Positions 32,660-42,832 are shown, numbered from the stretch's first letter. The stretch: DNA of 64,000 nucleotides from Salinispira sp. (GCA_965226555.1 CBDDDG010000021.1:320001-384000), one strand, 5' to 3'. Translations and numbers: made by a program. Notes: generated from the letters alone by a model not told the origin.

Positions 32660-33757
32660 CTAAGCCGCCCATTTTCCCTGTTTCTGCAATTCCAAAATCT
32701 TCGGTACCCGTTTCAAATTATACGCAATAGCAGACAACAGATGCTGCGTATGCGCTTTTGTTATTCCGACATAGCGGGTTCTCCCCCCGCCAAACCATTG
32801 GTGCATTCCTCCGAATGTGCGTTCTATTTTGTACCGTCCGCCCTGTATCTCTTTGTTCCTCAGTTTCTGCTCCGCGGTCAATTGCTTCTTCTTCTCACCC
32901 TTCTTCGCTCTGGCTACCTTCCACATAATGCCGTCTTTCAGCTTTCTCTTCTTCAGCGCCGCTCGGTTCTTCGTGCTTGTATATCCTTTGTCCGCCTGCA
33001 CTTCTGCATTCTCATCCAATTGCCCCTTATCGAGTAGCGTTTCAAACACCGTACTGTCATGGACATTCGCCGGGGCTGGTCGGAGGCTGCGCCTCCTGCT
33101 CGCCCATGCGTCCGGGGTGGTCTTGACCGCTACCATAAGCCCATTGTCATCGGCAAGACAATGCTTCTTCGCGCCAAAATGAAATTCCCCGTTCTTTTTC
33201 GTCCACCTCATATCGGTATCTACTCTGTCCGCAAACTTCTCCGGTTCCCGCTCTAAGGATTTATTATCCGATTGAGCGCATTTATCACTGTCTGTGCGAT
33301 CAACAATCCCGCGGGGTTTTCTCGGACTTCTGGTAATGCTCGCATCAACTTTGACCACTTTCTTTATCATGATCCCGCGCGTTTCAAGCTGTCGGTTTAT
33401 TTCAGTAAGCAACTGGTCAAAGATTCCCGCTTTCGTCATGGCCGTGCGAAACCGGCTGAGAACACTGTGATCCGGCACATCATCTTCCACAATAAGACCG
33501 CAGAAATTCGATGCTCCCATGCTGTCGTTCACCATATCTTCCACACCATAATCACTGAGATTATTCCACATCCCCAATAGAAGCATTTTGAACAGCAACA
33601 GGCCAGGGTAGGCAGCCCTGCCGACCGCGCTGCTTCCTCGGGTATCGTGTTCTGTAATAATATCCTCAATGGGCTTCCAGTCGATAATCTGGTCAATTTT
33701 CCGATAGAAGGTGTTTTTCCGTGTACGTCTTTCCATACTGTCTGCGACAAATGACAT
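32660..33757 (-). CDS. IS5-family transposase carrying a 14-aa in-frame insertion
   Basis: PDHSVLSRFR, VDAS, ADKGY, RYKIERTFG; TTP[DAWASRRRSLRPAP]ANVHD. Confidence 0.9.
   Translation of the reverse strand: MSFVADSMERRTRKNTFYRKIDQIIDWKPIEDIITEHDTRGSSAVGRAAYPGLLLFKMLLLGMWNNLSDYGVEDMVNDSMGASNFCGLIVEDDVPDHSVLSRFRTAMTKAGIFDQLLTEINRQLETRGIMIKKVVKVDASITRSPRKPRGIVDRTDSDKCAQSDNKSLEREPEKFADRVDTDMRWTKKNGEFHFGAKKHCLADDNGLMVAVKTTPDAWASRRRSLRPAPANVHDSTVFETLLDKGQLDENAEVQADKGYTSTKNRAALKKRKLKDGIMWKVARAKKGEKKKQLTAEQKLRNKEIQGGRYKIERTFGGMHQWFGGGRTRYVGITKAHTQHLLSAIAYNLKRVPKILELQKQGKWAA
33070..33117 (+). repeat. GC-rich hairpin element, copy d (36-bp core between ccgggg duplications)
   Basis: ccgggg-ctggtcggaggctgcgcctcctgctcgcccatgcgt-ccgggg. 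Confidence 0.92.
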
Positions 33758-33966
33758 AGTGTGCTCCTGAGATTTGATCATGGTAAGGATCATAACATAT
33801 ATATGAGGACTGATTACAGCCAGAAAGCAAAAAATCGAAAGAAAAATTCAAAAAAGTTCATATGGGATGTTGACACTCTGGATAAATGAACGGTACTATA
33901 ATATCACCGATGAGACTGTTGCCATGCAATGATCTCTATATATATGGACGGTTATAAACTGTGGGT

Positions 33967-35358
33967 ATGAAAATTAGACAATTCAGAATCTGGCTGGTCA
34001 TTACCATTGTTCCGATTCTATTTCTCGCATCCTGCTCCATGGACAATCCTGTGCCCGACCCCATGGACAATCCGGTGGACGAGCCCATGGACAATCCGGC
34101 GGACGAGCCCATGGACAATCCTGCGGACGACCTCATAGCGAAAATACTGAATCCGCAGGTTGCTGTTTTTCAGGCTGCCGATACGCAGGAGGATCGGGGG
34201 TTTGGATACGATGTTGATATATCCGGCAATGCGGTAATTGTCGGAACCACTGATACTGGCGGCTCCCCGCGGGAATCGGTGTATGTTTTTGAATGGGACG
34301 GAACAGAATGGCGGCAGGCCTATAACAGGGAAGTAAGCCCCTCTGAGGCGACTGCCTTCGGAGAATCGGTTGCCATAAGCGGCAATACCGCAGCCTTCGG
34401 ACAGGGCGGCTATGAATATTCGGGAAATACGCCCGGGTTTGCGCACATTCTCGCCAGAGACAGTACGGGCGCATGGACGGCGGCAACAGGGTCGATTAGC
34501 GGAACCTCCGGCACAGATCAGCGTTTTGGATGGGATGTTGCCGTCGATGGAAGTACGGTGCTGGTTGGCAGCGGATATGACATTGATATTGATATTAACG
34601 GGGAGGGAGAATCAGATTATTACTACCTCGTTCAGGTACTCGACAGCACAGACGCGAGCATCAATTATTATGTTCCCTACCCTGAAATTGAAACAACAAT
34701 AAATCATTTCGGCGTTGCCCTTGCCATAAGCGGCAATACCATTGCTGTTGGAAATGTCGCTGCCACAAACCAAGTAGCCCGCTTCATCATTAACGTTTTC
34801 AAGGTTCCGGGAGCCGATGAAAAGGGCAGCGTGTATGTGTACACCAGCAACAGCGCAGGTTCCTGGGCAGACAGTACCCCCGCGCACATTAGCCCCAATG
34901 ACCTTGAAATTGGTGATGATTTCGGAACCGCCATTGCCGCGGATTCCGCCGCGCTTGTCGTTGGCGCGCCGGGAGATTCCGCCGACCGCGGCGCGGTCTA
35001 TGTTTTCGGAAAAAGCGGGGGAACATGGAGCGCAGCTCCGACCGCGGTACTCAGGGCTGCCGGTGGGGCTGAAGGCGACAGATTCGGGCACAGTGTTGAT
35101 GTTTCGGTTTCGGGGAGGGTTGTTATTGTCGGAGCTCCGCAGGCCGATAGCGCCGCAGGCGCTGTGTATGTTTTTTACCTCAAAAATGGAACATGGACAG
35201 AGTCAAAATTCACCGCCCGAAATGAAAACGGACAGGCAGACAGGGCAGCCAATAACCTGTTCGGCAATAGCGTTGCCATAGACGGCGCTGCCGTCATTAT
35301 TGGCGAACCGGGCTATTCAAACAGGAATGGCCGTGTGCATATTCTCAATAACAATTAG
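33967..35358 (+). CDS. FG-GAP repeat (integrin-alpha-like propeller) lipoprotein
   Basis: Lipobox FLASC; four 24-bp MDNP repeats; repeated FG.SVAISG...VGAP...G.VYVF. Confidence 0.88.
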   Translation: MKIRQFRIWLVITIVPILFLASCSMDNPVPDPMDNPVDEPMDNPADEPMDNPADDLIAKILNPQVAVFQAADTQEDRGFGYDVDISGNAVIVGTTDTGGSPRESVYVFEWDGTEWRQAYNREVSPSEATAFGESVAISGNTAAFGQGGYEYSGNTPGFAHILARDSTGAWTAATGSISGTSGTDQRFGWDVAVDGSTVLVGSGYDIDIDINGEGESDYYYLVQVLDSTDASINYYVPYPEIETTINHFGVALAISGNTIAVGNVAATNQVARFIINVFKVPGADEKGSVYVYTSNSAGSWADSTPAHISPNDLEIGDDFGTAIAADSAALVVGAPGDSADRGAVYVFGKSGGTWSAAPTAVLRAAGGAEGDRFGHSVDVSVSGRVVIVGAPQADSAAGAVYVFYLKNGTWTESKFTARNENGQADRAANNLFGNSVAIDGAAVIIGEPGYSNRNGRVHILNNN

Positions 35359-35361
35359 AAG

Positions 35362-35428
35362 GTTTTGCTACTGGAAATTGTGAAAGCACAATTTTCCAAG
35401 GCAAAACTTTATCAAAGCAAAAATTTTT
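35362..35428. repeat. AT-rich palindromic repeat (reverse orientation)
   Basis: ttttgctactggaaattgtgaaagcacaattttccaaggcaaaactttatcaa. Confidence 0.8.
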
Positions 35429-35442
35429 GTTAGAATGAAGGG

Positions 35443-36333
35443 ATGATGAAAACAGCCCTCATTACCGGCGCCAGTTCAGGCATTGGAGCTGCCTTTGCCC
35501 GGCAGCTTGCTCAGGAAGGATACAACCTTATTATTCATGGCCGGAGAAAGGAAAAGCTTGCAGAGCTTGCCGGGGAACTGCGCCGTTTGCGCGCCGAAGC
35601 TCGCGCCGAAACTCGCGCTGAAACTGCGGGAGGGTCAGAATCTCCATCAGAAAAATCTCCATCAGGAAAATCAAAATCAGAGTCAGAAAGGCCGAACGAA
35701 GAAGTCGTCCGAATTGTATGCGGCGATCTCATGGAGCAGGACACCCTAAACGAGCTTGCTGGAGTGGGTCGGGAAGAGAAGGTTGATCTACTCATAAATA
35801 ATGCGGGGTATGGCGCCATGCAGGATTTCTTTAGCGATGGTGATATGCAGCTCAATATGCTCAGGGTTCACTGTTATGTTCCTGCTCTGCTGTGCAGGGA
35901 GCTTATTCCCGGAATGATTGAGCGCGGCGGCGGACAGGTGATTAATGTGAGCTCGGTAGCGGGAGAACAGCGGCTGCCTCAGGCAATTATGTACACATCG
36001 ACCAAGACCTTTCTCACCGTTTTTACTGAGAGCCTTGCAATGCGGGTGAGAGATGATGGGGTGCGGGTTCAGGCCCTTCTGCCCGGTTTTACTCGGAGCG
36101 ATTTTCATGCGCGCATGCCCGAGTGGAAACGGGAAAGACGGAACAGAGGTATTGTCCGCTGGCAGACCTCAGAGCAGGTAGCTGCCTTTTCGCTGCGGAT
36201 GATCCGTACGCGGAGAGCGGGAACAATAGTTATTTCAGGGTTTTTGAACCGTTTTATCGTATGTGTTACTACCATTCTTCTGGGGAACAGAATGGGGAAG
36301 AAGCTATACCGTTATCTGGTCAGAAACATGTGA
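35443..36333 (+). CDS. SDR-family oxidoreductase
   Basis: TGASSGIG, NNAG, YTSTK (YxxxK). Confidence 0.93.
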   Translation: MMKTALITGASSGIGAAFARQLAQEGYNLIIHGRRKEKLAELAGELRRLRAEARAETRAETAGGSESPSEKSPSGKSKSESERPNEEVVRIVCGDLMEQDTLNELAGVGREEKVDLLINNAGYGAMQDFFSDGDMQLNMLRVHCYVPALLCRELIPGMIERGGGQVINVSSVAGEQRLPQAIMYTSTKTFLTVFTESLAMRVRDDGVRVQALLPGFTRSDFHARMPEWKRERRNRGIVRWQTSEQVAAFSLRMIRTRRAGTIVISGFLNRFIVCVTTILLGNRMGKKLYRYLVRNM

Positions 36334-36533
36334 AGCGCCCGCTATGCCGATTCTCCGGGGCGGGTATCCGCTGCATTCTCTATTCCTTCCCTGATAGTTT
36401 TTCTGCCGCTGATAATATCTTCCACGTTTCTGATTCCGCGGACCATTTCAGGAAAAATGTCGGCGCTGCCGGAGGCGTTACGGAGCTGTTCGCGGTATAT
36501 GGATAATACTTCTGTATTATGGATATTTCAAGG

Positions 36534-36714
36534 AGAAAGTTTTGCAAAATGCAAAACTTTCTATAAAATAGGAGAATGCTAAGCACAAAGAAAGCATTCC
36601 TGACGGACGCATGGGCGAGCAGGAGGCGCAGCCTCCGACCAGCCCTCGGAAACTTTTGCTATTGGAAATTGTGCTTGCGCAATTTTCCAATGCAAAAGTT
36701 TCAAGGAGAAAGTT
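36534..36714. repeat. Composite: AT-rich repeat, GC hairpin copy e (36604-36645, minus strand), AT-rich repeat
   Basis: gagaatgctaagcacaaagaaagcattcc; cggacgcatgggcgagcaggaggcgcagcctccgaccagccc; ttggaaattgtgcttgcgcaattttccaatgcaaaa. Confidence 0.85.
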
Positions 36715-36762
36715 TCTTGACAGGCACGGCAGAAGTGTTATAACATCATACATGTTGTTCAC

Positions 36763-36835
36763 GGGCGAATAGCTCAGCTGGGAGAGCGCCTGCCTTACAA
36801 GCAGGATGTCGGGGGTTCAAGTCCCTCTTCGCCCA
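36763..36835 (+). tRNA. tRNA-Val(TAC)
   Basis: gggcgaatagctcagctgggagagcgcctgcctTACaagcaggatgtcgggggttcaagtccctcttcgccca. Confidence 0.96.
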
Positions 36836-36952
36836 TTGTTATTTTTTGATAAGTATAGTGCATTATGCGGGAATGCTCCGCGCATAAAAGCGTTCCCTGC
36901 CCGCGCCTGTTGCGCTGGGGTTGGTCGGCACAGCAAGGCGCAGCGCCGATGC

Positions 36953-38351
36953 TTATTCTGCCTTGGGAGGACGCTCGCGGGTTGCCATGTCGTAGGCATA
37001 GATTGTTGCTGATTGTTCATCCAACACCCACATTGTTGTTCCATCCGAATAGGTGCTAGTGGGATGTTGCATAGTGCCCCCAATAAGATTATTGAAATCT
37101 TTTGAGGAATCTCGTCCCCTAGTATCCAGAGTATAGGCATAGATTTTGTCGGTGTCATAATCGGGCACCCACATTGTGCTCCCATCCGACCAAATGCCTG
37201 TAATTTTCATATTCTCATCGTCAAGTATGTCCCTGTCAAAATCTTTAGCGGCATCGCGAGTTCCGCGTTCATTCTTAGCCATTTTGTAGGCATAGATGAT
37301 CGCAGCACTGCCAACAGCCACCCACATTGTTTCAGCATCTGCCCAGATGCCGCCAAGGAGGATTCCTCCCGATGGAATAGTTATGCTAAAATTTTCATTC
37401 TCCATAGACGGCATCTTGGTTGCCATGTCGTAGGCATAGATTGTGCTTGTTTTTTCATCCAGCACCCACATTATTTCACCATCTGACCAGATGCTTCTGG
37501 GGTCATCAATAGTGCTACCAAGGTCGAAATCTTCATCCGCATCGCGCGCCGTGGTCTCCATATTATAGGCATAGATTTTTTCGGTAGTATCCTTGTTGTT
37601 ATCATTATTCAGAACCCACATTGTTGTTCCGTCCGACCAAATGTCTCTGGGTTTAGCATTTTCCAAGGTAGGGAAATCGTCTCGGTAAACACCTTCGTCA
37701 TTGTAGCCGTCTTTCTTGAAATCGCGCAGGTCATATTTCGTTCCAGTATCCTGATGATTACCGTCAGCATTAAAACCGGCTGCATTGTAGCCGTTCGCGT
37801 CATAACCATTTGGGTTGTAGTGCGTACCGGTGTCGCGGTGAATGCCCGCGGCATTAAAGCCGTTTATGTCGTAACCGGCCGCGTCATAGCCCGCTGCGTT
37901 AAAGCCATCTTTGTCGTACCCGTTTGACGAATAGCCTTCTGCATTGTAACCATCTTTGTCGTACCCGTTTGATGAATAGCCTTCTGCATTGTAGCCGTCT
38001 TTGTCGTACCCGGCCGCGTCATAGCCCGCAGCGTTAAAGCCGTCTGCGTTATAACCCTGCTCGTCATAGCCCTGTGGGTTTGTATATCGTGTCGGTGTCT
38101 CGGTGTTTACCGTCAGCATTAAAACCGGCCACATTGTAGCCGTTCGCGTCATAACCGTAGAGGTCGTATTCCGTGCCGGTGATATAGTGAATACCATCGT
38201 CATAAAACCCGCGCATATCGCAGGCGCTGAGAACGAGTATGAGGGAAAACACAAAAAGGATTCCCCGCAACAAATGCGGGCTTTGGAAATGGTTCCGGGA
38301 TTTTACGCTATGCGCAGGTGCCAGCGTGGATTGATTGTTATAGTTCATCAT
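36953..38351 (-). pseudogene. GY-repeat/WSDG-repeat lipoprotein, paralog of 9004-10401, with a +1 frameshift near 38080
   Basis: ORF 38064-38354 has lipobox VLSAC and DMRGFYDDGIHYITGTEYDLYGY; ORF 36953-38254 carries the remainder; may be a sequencing error. Confidence 0.8.
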
Positions 38352-38540
38352 CAAAAACTCCTATCATCAATAATAATTGAAACCTTTGAGAATTGCAAGC
38401 ACATTATGAATAATCTCATGTGTTTTTATTGGGATATCAGTATTTGACAAATTTTTTCGGATGATATTGCTCGCTCCCGCTTCCCCGCCTATTGATATGA
38501 AAAACGGTACTGTCTATGGTGCTTACCGCTTCGTTAATAA

Positions 38541-38940
38541 GAGACCGTTGCATAATCCATGGTTTTATTGATGTAGGGAAGGATGATAAAAAATTTGAGA
38601 TAAAGTGATGGGATGATGCGGGAAAAACGGGGTGATAACACCATCTGAGTGCCTGCAAAGGATCGCATTTCGCTCATTTTCGACCGTTTCTCCGCTGGTT
38701 TTCGTCTTTCGGGCGTCTGTTGCCGGTCGGCTTCTGCCGTTTGTCCTGAATGCGGCTGCTAAGCCGCCCATTTTCCCTGTTTCTGCAATTCCAAAATCTT
38801 CGGTACCCGTTTCAAATTATACGCAATAGCAGACAACAGATGCTGCGTATGCGCTTTTGCTATCCCGACATAGCGGGTTCTCCCCCCGCCAAACCATTGG
38901 TGCATTCCTCCGAATGTGCGTTCTATTTTGTACCGTCCGC
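38541..38940 (-). mobile_element. Truncated copy (400 bp, 3' end) of IS5 element B
   Basis: Near-identical to 32442-32841 including the IR gagaccgttgcataat. Confidence 0.92.
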
Positions 38941-39025
38941 GCTGGTCGGAGGCTGCGCATCCTGCTCGCCATGCGTCCGGGCTGGTCGGAGGCTGCGCCT
39001 CCTGCTCGCCATGCGTCCGGGCTGG
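38941..39025 (+). repeat. Tandem dimer of the GC hairpin element (two 40-bp units)
   Basis: gctggtcggaggctgcgc(a/c)tcctgctcgccatgcgtccgg x2, then gctgg. Confidence 0.9.
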
Positions 39026-39049
39026 AATGTTCTTTATGTGCTGGCGCTT

Positions 39050-40843
39050 TCAATTATGAATGAGTATTGCCTTTATGCGGCGCACACCCTGAGAGCTCGA
39101 TTGTTCTTTTGTAATTTTGAATTGTCCTAATTGCGCGGTGTTTTCCGCATGAGGGCCTCCGCAGACCTCTTTTGAAAAATCTCCAATAGAATATACCTTT
39201 ACGGTATTATCGTATTTTTCTCCGAAAAGCGCGCGGGCGCCGATCTTCTTAGCATCATCAAGCGCCATACTGTCATATTTTACGGGCAGACTATTTTTAA
39301 TTTGCTCATTCACAAGCTCCTCAACGTCCCTAAGTTCTTCATAACTCAGTTTTGCAGAATGTGAAAAATCGAAACGCAGGCGATCCGGGGTAATGTTACT
39401 GCCTTTTTGAGCAACATGGTCACCGAGAATACGGCGGAGCGCTTCATGGAGAAGATGAGTTGCCGTGTGCAGGGCTGTTGTTTTCTCTCCATGATCCGCA
39501 AGCCCTCCTTTAAATGTCGCCTTCGCATCCGTTTTCGATAATTCCTGATGCCTTCGGAATGCCCGTTCGAATCCTTCTTTATCTATGCTGAGTCCATGCT
39601 CTCCCGCAAGTTCCTCGCTGAGTTCAAGCGGAAAACCATAGGTATCATACAGTTTGAAAACGATGCGGCCGGGAATAATTCGGTTGGAACTTTTGAGAAG
39701 ATTCGGGAGCATTTTCTCAAATTCCTGCTCTCCGTGCCGGAGAGTTTTGGTAAAGCGTTCTTCTTCATGTGTAAGTTCTTTCTGAATAAAATTCTTTCCG
39801 GACTGAAGTTCCGAATACACATCCGAGTATATTTCAATGACAGTTCTGCTCAGCTCCGAAAGAAAGCCCTCGGGCAATCCAAGTTTGAGTCCGTGGCGGA
39901 TACTTCGGCGAATGAGTCTTCTCAAAATATACCCCCGCCCAATGTTGGACGGACGGACTGCCTGCTGATCGCCGAGAATAAAGCAGGATGTCCGCAGATG
40001 ATCGCTAATAATTCGAAACGAGCGATCCGTATTGTTCTCGCTGCCGCCATATTGTATGGCGCTTAATTCCTGAATTTTATTGATGATGGGGCTGAAGAGT
40101 TCGGTTTCATATACCGATTTTTTTCCCTGAAGAATGGTAATGGTACGTTCAACTCCCATTCCGGTATCAACGCAGACGCGTTCTAGGTTGAGAATACGTC
40201 CATCATCGGTCCTGCGATACTGCATAAAAACATTATTCCAGATCTCAAGCCATTTCCCATCGTTTATTCCCGGACGGCTCTGATCATGACCGGGAATTCC
40301 GGTATCAATAAATATCTCTGTATCGGGCCCGCAGGGGCCGGTTTTGCCCGGAGGCCCCCACCAGTTATCTTTTTTTGGCAGATAAAATATACGATCCTTC
40401 GGCACACCCATTTTTCGCCAGAGTTCGGCGCTTTCGGTGTCACGCGGAGCATCTTCATCGCCCGCAAAAATAGTTACTGCCAGCTTTTCCGAATTAATGC
40501 CGAGCCAGTCTGCGCTGGTCAGAAATTCCCAGCTCATGCTGATGGCATCTTCCTTAAAATAATCGCCAAGGCTCCAGTTTCCCAGCATTTCGAAAAAAGT
40601 CAGATGATTCGAATCGCCAACTTCATCAATGTCGCCGGTTCGAATGCACTTCTGAACATTCACCAGACGTTTTCCCGCCGGATGTTCCTCGCCCAGAATG
40701 TAGGGAACCAGAGGATGCATGCCTGCGGTTGTGAAAAGGACGCTTGGATCATTCTCGGGAATAAGGCTTTTTCCCGATATTTCACTATGGAGATGTTCAA
40801 TAAAAAACGATATATATTTTTCACGCAATTCTTTGGCGGTCAT
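39050..40843 (-). CDS. alaS: Alanine--tRNA ligase (short form without C-Ala domain)
   Basis: LFTTAGMHP, TFFEMLGNWS.GDYFK, DTGMG.ER, HTATHLLH, CGGPH. Confidence 0.97.
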   Translation of the reverse strand: MTAKELREKYISFFIEHLHSEISGKSLIPENDPSVLFTTAGMHPLVPYILGEEHPAGKRLVNVQKCIRTGDIDEVGDSNHLTFFEMLGNWSLGDYFKEDAISMSWEFLTSADWLGINSEKLAVTIFAGDEDAPRDTESAELWRKMGVPKDRIFYLPKKDNWWGPPGKTGPCGPDTEIFIDTGIPGHDQSRPGINDGKWLEIWNNVFMQYRRTDDGRILNLERVCVDTGMGVERTITILQGKKSVYETELFSPIINKIQELSAIQYGGSENNTDRSFRIISDHLRTSCFILGDQQAVRPSNIGRGYILRRLIRRSIRHGLKLGLPEGFLSELSRTVIEIYSDVYSELQSGKNFIQKELTHEEERFTKTLRHGEQEFEKMLPNLLKSSNRIIPGRIVFKLYDTYGFPLELSEELAGEHGLSIDKEGFERAFRRHQELSKTDAKATFKGGLADHGEKTTALHTATHLLHEALRRILGDHVAQKGSNITPDRLRFDFSHSAKLSYEELRDVEELVNEQIKNSLPVKYDSMALDDAKKIGARALFGEKYDNTVKVYSIGDFSKEVCGGPHAENTAQLGQFKITKEQSSSQGVRRIKAILIHN

Positions 40844-40970
40844 GAGCTCAATATACACATATACCTATTGTTTTGTACAGCGGAGTATTGTTTCGCTGGC
40901 ATTCTGCCGACATTCTGCTTGCATTCCGTAGAGTTCACAGATTCCTCCGGCATTTCACAGCATGGTTATG

Positions 40971-41477
40971 TCAGAATATAACATCTGTACGCGTATCCGG
41001 CGTGAGAAATTCCTGAAATACATATACCTTGAGGCCGTTACTTCGTTCTCCCTGAACTGCGTGCCCCTTTGTAACCATACTTTCCAGTTCTTCCTGAACC
41101 TGCTCAGTTGAAAGGCCGGACTCAATAACAAGTTGAGCGGTACTGAGAATACCGTTGTTATCTTTTGCAAGAATGAATATAAGATGTTCAAGACTATGGG
41201 CCTGGCTTTGCATGCGCTGTCGGGAAACATCCGGTTCAGAAAAATCGTGTGATCTTTCATCAAGCCGATCTTCAATATATGCTGTTTGATTTGCGCTATC
41301 TACGAGGTTCCGCATATTCAGGAGATCAATAACTGTTCCAATTCCGAAAAATCCTCCGGTAATAAAATACAGGAAGCCCGATACGTATTTACCCAAATAA
41401 AATCGATGAATACCGGAAAGCCCGAAAAAACCAAGAGCCGCGAGCACATACGCATCACGCAATTTCTTTTTACCCAT
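40971..41477 (-). CDS. TM2 domain protein
   Basis: AY.L...GFFG..GIHRFYLGK...G.LY..TGG.FGIG. Confidence 0.85.
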   Translation of the reverse strand: MGKKKLRDAYVLAALGFFGLSGIHRFYLGKYVSGFLYFITGGFFGIGTVIDLLNMRNLVDSANQTAYIEDRLDERSHDFSEPDVSRQRMQSQAHSLEHLIFILAKDNNGILSTAQLVIESGLSTEQVQEELESMVTKGHAVQGERSNGLKVYVFQEFLTPDTRTDVIF

Positions 41478-41484
41478 TCTGTAC

Positions 41485-42540
41485 CTATTCCTCCAATTCG
41501 CAGAGCGTGTCAATGAATTCTCTGGTCATTTCATCAACCTTCTTGCGGGAAACCGCCCCCATGAAATGATATGCCTCACTCACCGATATTGCGCGTTGCC
41601 TGCTTACGTTATTCAAAAAACGGCGCCGAATATTTTCACTCTTTCCCTTCATGAGCAGAGCAATATCGTTATCTTCCATTTCCGCGAGAATACGCTGAAG
41701 ATCATTATCCCGGATATGAAGTACCTGTTCAATAGTAAAAAGGTAATCCTGAATTTTTTCCCGTATGTCGGGGTCTGTCATGCCCAGTTCATTGAGAATA
41801 TTCCTTCCTTTTGACGTATCCATATTTCTGAGAATCTCTGCCAGTATTCGTGTGCCGTCAGGAGTTTCATTCTGTTGGGTGCCGACAAGCCGGATTTTTT
41901 TCTTAAGCGATTCCTCAATACTGTTCATGGTTTCCGATGAAAGTCGGGCGGGGTTTTTCATCGTGTGTATAATCCGGGGGGTGAGAGCAGCGGGAAGAAT
42001 TTTCAGAAGATCGGCTGCCAGCGTGCTTTCAAGATGAGCTAAAATTATGCCGATGAGCCGCGGCGGTTCCTTTATGAGGAGTTGCCGGAGTTGGGCAGGT
42101 TCTAATTCATTCAGAAAACGGAGATGTGGAATGTTTTTAGCAGGAGCTATCCGTCTCAGAATGTTTTCGGCCTGTTCTTTGTTCAGCGATTTTTCAAGTA
42201 GCGCGCGGGCGGTCTCGTATCCGCCATGGAGTTTTTTCTGTTCTTCCTTAGCCGCAAGATGAAAACGCGTAAGTATTGCCGTTCGTTCCTCCGGTTTGAG
42301 GGTTGTAATTCGGCTTATTTCAAAAGCGATCTTTTCAATGAGGTGTTCAGGGAGGTGGGCGATAATTTTTGAAGCGGCATCCTTACCGAGAAGCATGAGA
42401 AAACCGGCAATTTCGCGCAATTCAGGGCCCTTTGCCGAATCATCGGGGGTAATAATCTTCAGAATATGAGAATTAGGTGGCGTATTTTTTTCGTTAAGCG
42501 GCTGTTTGTAGACTTTTTGCAGATGCTTTTCCATATTCAC
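41485..42540 (-). CDS. fliG: FliG-like flagellar motor switch protein (paralog)
   Basis: GG...AR.LL...L, E.P......ILAHL, LFT.E.......DLQ.IL.E.....IA...KG. Confidence 0.75.
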   Translation of the reverse strand: MNMEKHLQKVYKQPLNEKNTPPNSHILKIITPDDSAKGPELREIAGFLMLLGKDAASKIIAHLPEHLIEKIAFEISRITTLKPEERTAILTRFHLAAKEEQKKLHGGYETARALLEKSLNKEQAENILRRIAPAKNIPHLRFLNELEPAQLRQLLIKEPPRLIGIILAHLESTLAADLLKILPAALTPRIIHTMKNPARLSSETMNSIEESLKKKIRLVGTQQNETPDGTRILAEILRNMDTSKGRNILNELGMTDPDIREKIQDYLFTIEQVLHIRDNDLQRILAEMEDNDIALLMKGKSENIRRRFLNNVSRQRAISVSEAYHFMGAVSRKKVDEMTREFIDTLCELEE

Positions 42541-42711
42541 CTGTCATGTCCTCCAAAATAATGATAGACTCTTTGCGGGCGCAGGTCAAATACTAATATC
42601 CCATCCATATGTTGGGAACCGTTATGTTTCCATATGCGATGTTCTCCAGATGATGCCCAAGGGTATTGACACTGTCTCTTCATACTGGTATATCATTGGT
42701 AATGATTCTTC

Positions 42712-42784
42712 GCCGCTGTAGCTCAGTCGGTAGAGCAAGGGACTGAAAATCCCTGTGTCATCAGTTCAATTCTGATCGGCGGCA
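42712..42784 (+). tRNA. tRNA-Phe(GAA)
   Basis: gccgctgtagctcagtcggtagagcaagggactGAAaatccctgtgtcatcagttcaattctgatcggcggca; TTGACA at 42666. Confidence 0.95.
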
Positions 42785-42832
42785 AATTTTACTATGAGAG
42801 TCGGTCTTCCGGCTCTTTTTTTATTACGGAAT

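Larger units (their letters stand above)
32442..33936 (-). mobile_element. IS5-family element B
   Basis: IRs gagaccattgcat.../...atgcaatgatctc; tatat flanks on both sides. Confidence 0.85.

Noticed and set aside
31648..33580. Antisense ORFs within the IS5 transposases
   Set aside because: Shadow frames of recognisable transposase genes
36330..36506. Short ORF overlapping the SDR stop codon
   Set aside because: No motif or other support for a real gene
38941..39025. GC repeat as a CRISPR array (36-bp core)
   Set aside because: Units abut without spacers, copies are dispersed, and no cas genes are in the window
39050..40843. alaS as a truncated pseudogene
   Set aside because: ~600-aa AlaRS without C-Ala is known in spirochaetes; catalytic and editing motifs are intact
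14265..42784. tRNA genes lacking an encoded CCA
   Set aside because: Common in many bacteria; not unusual
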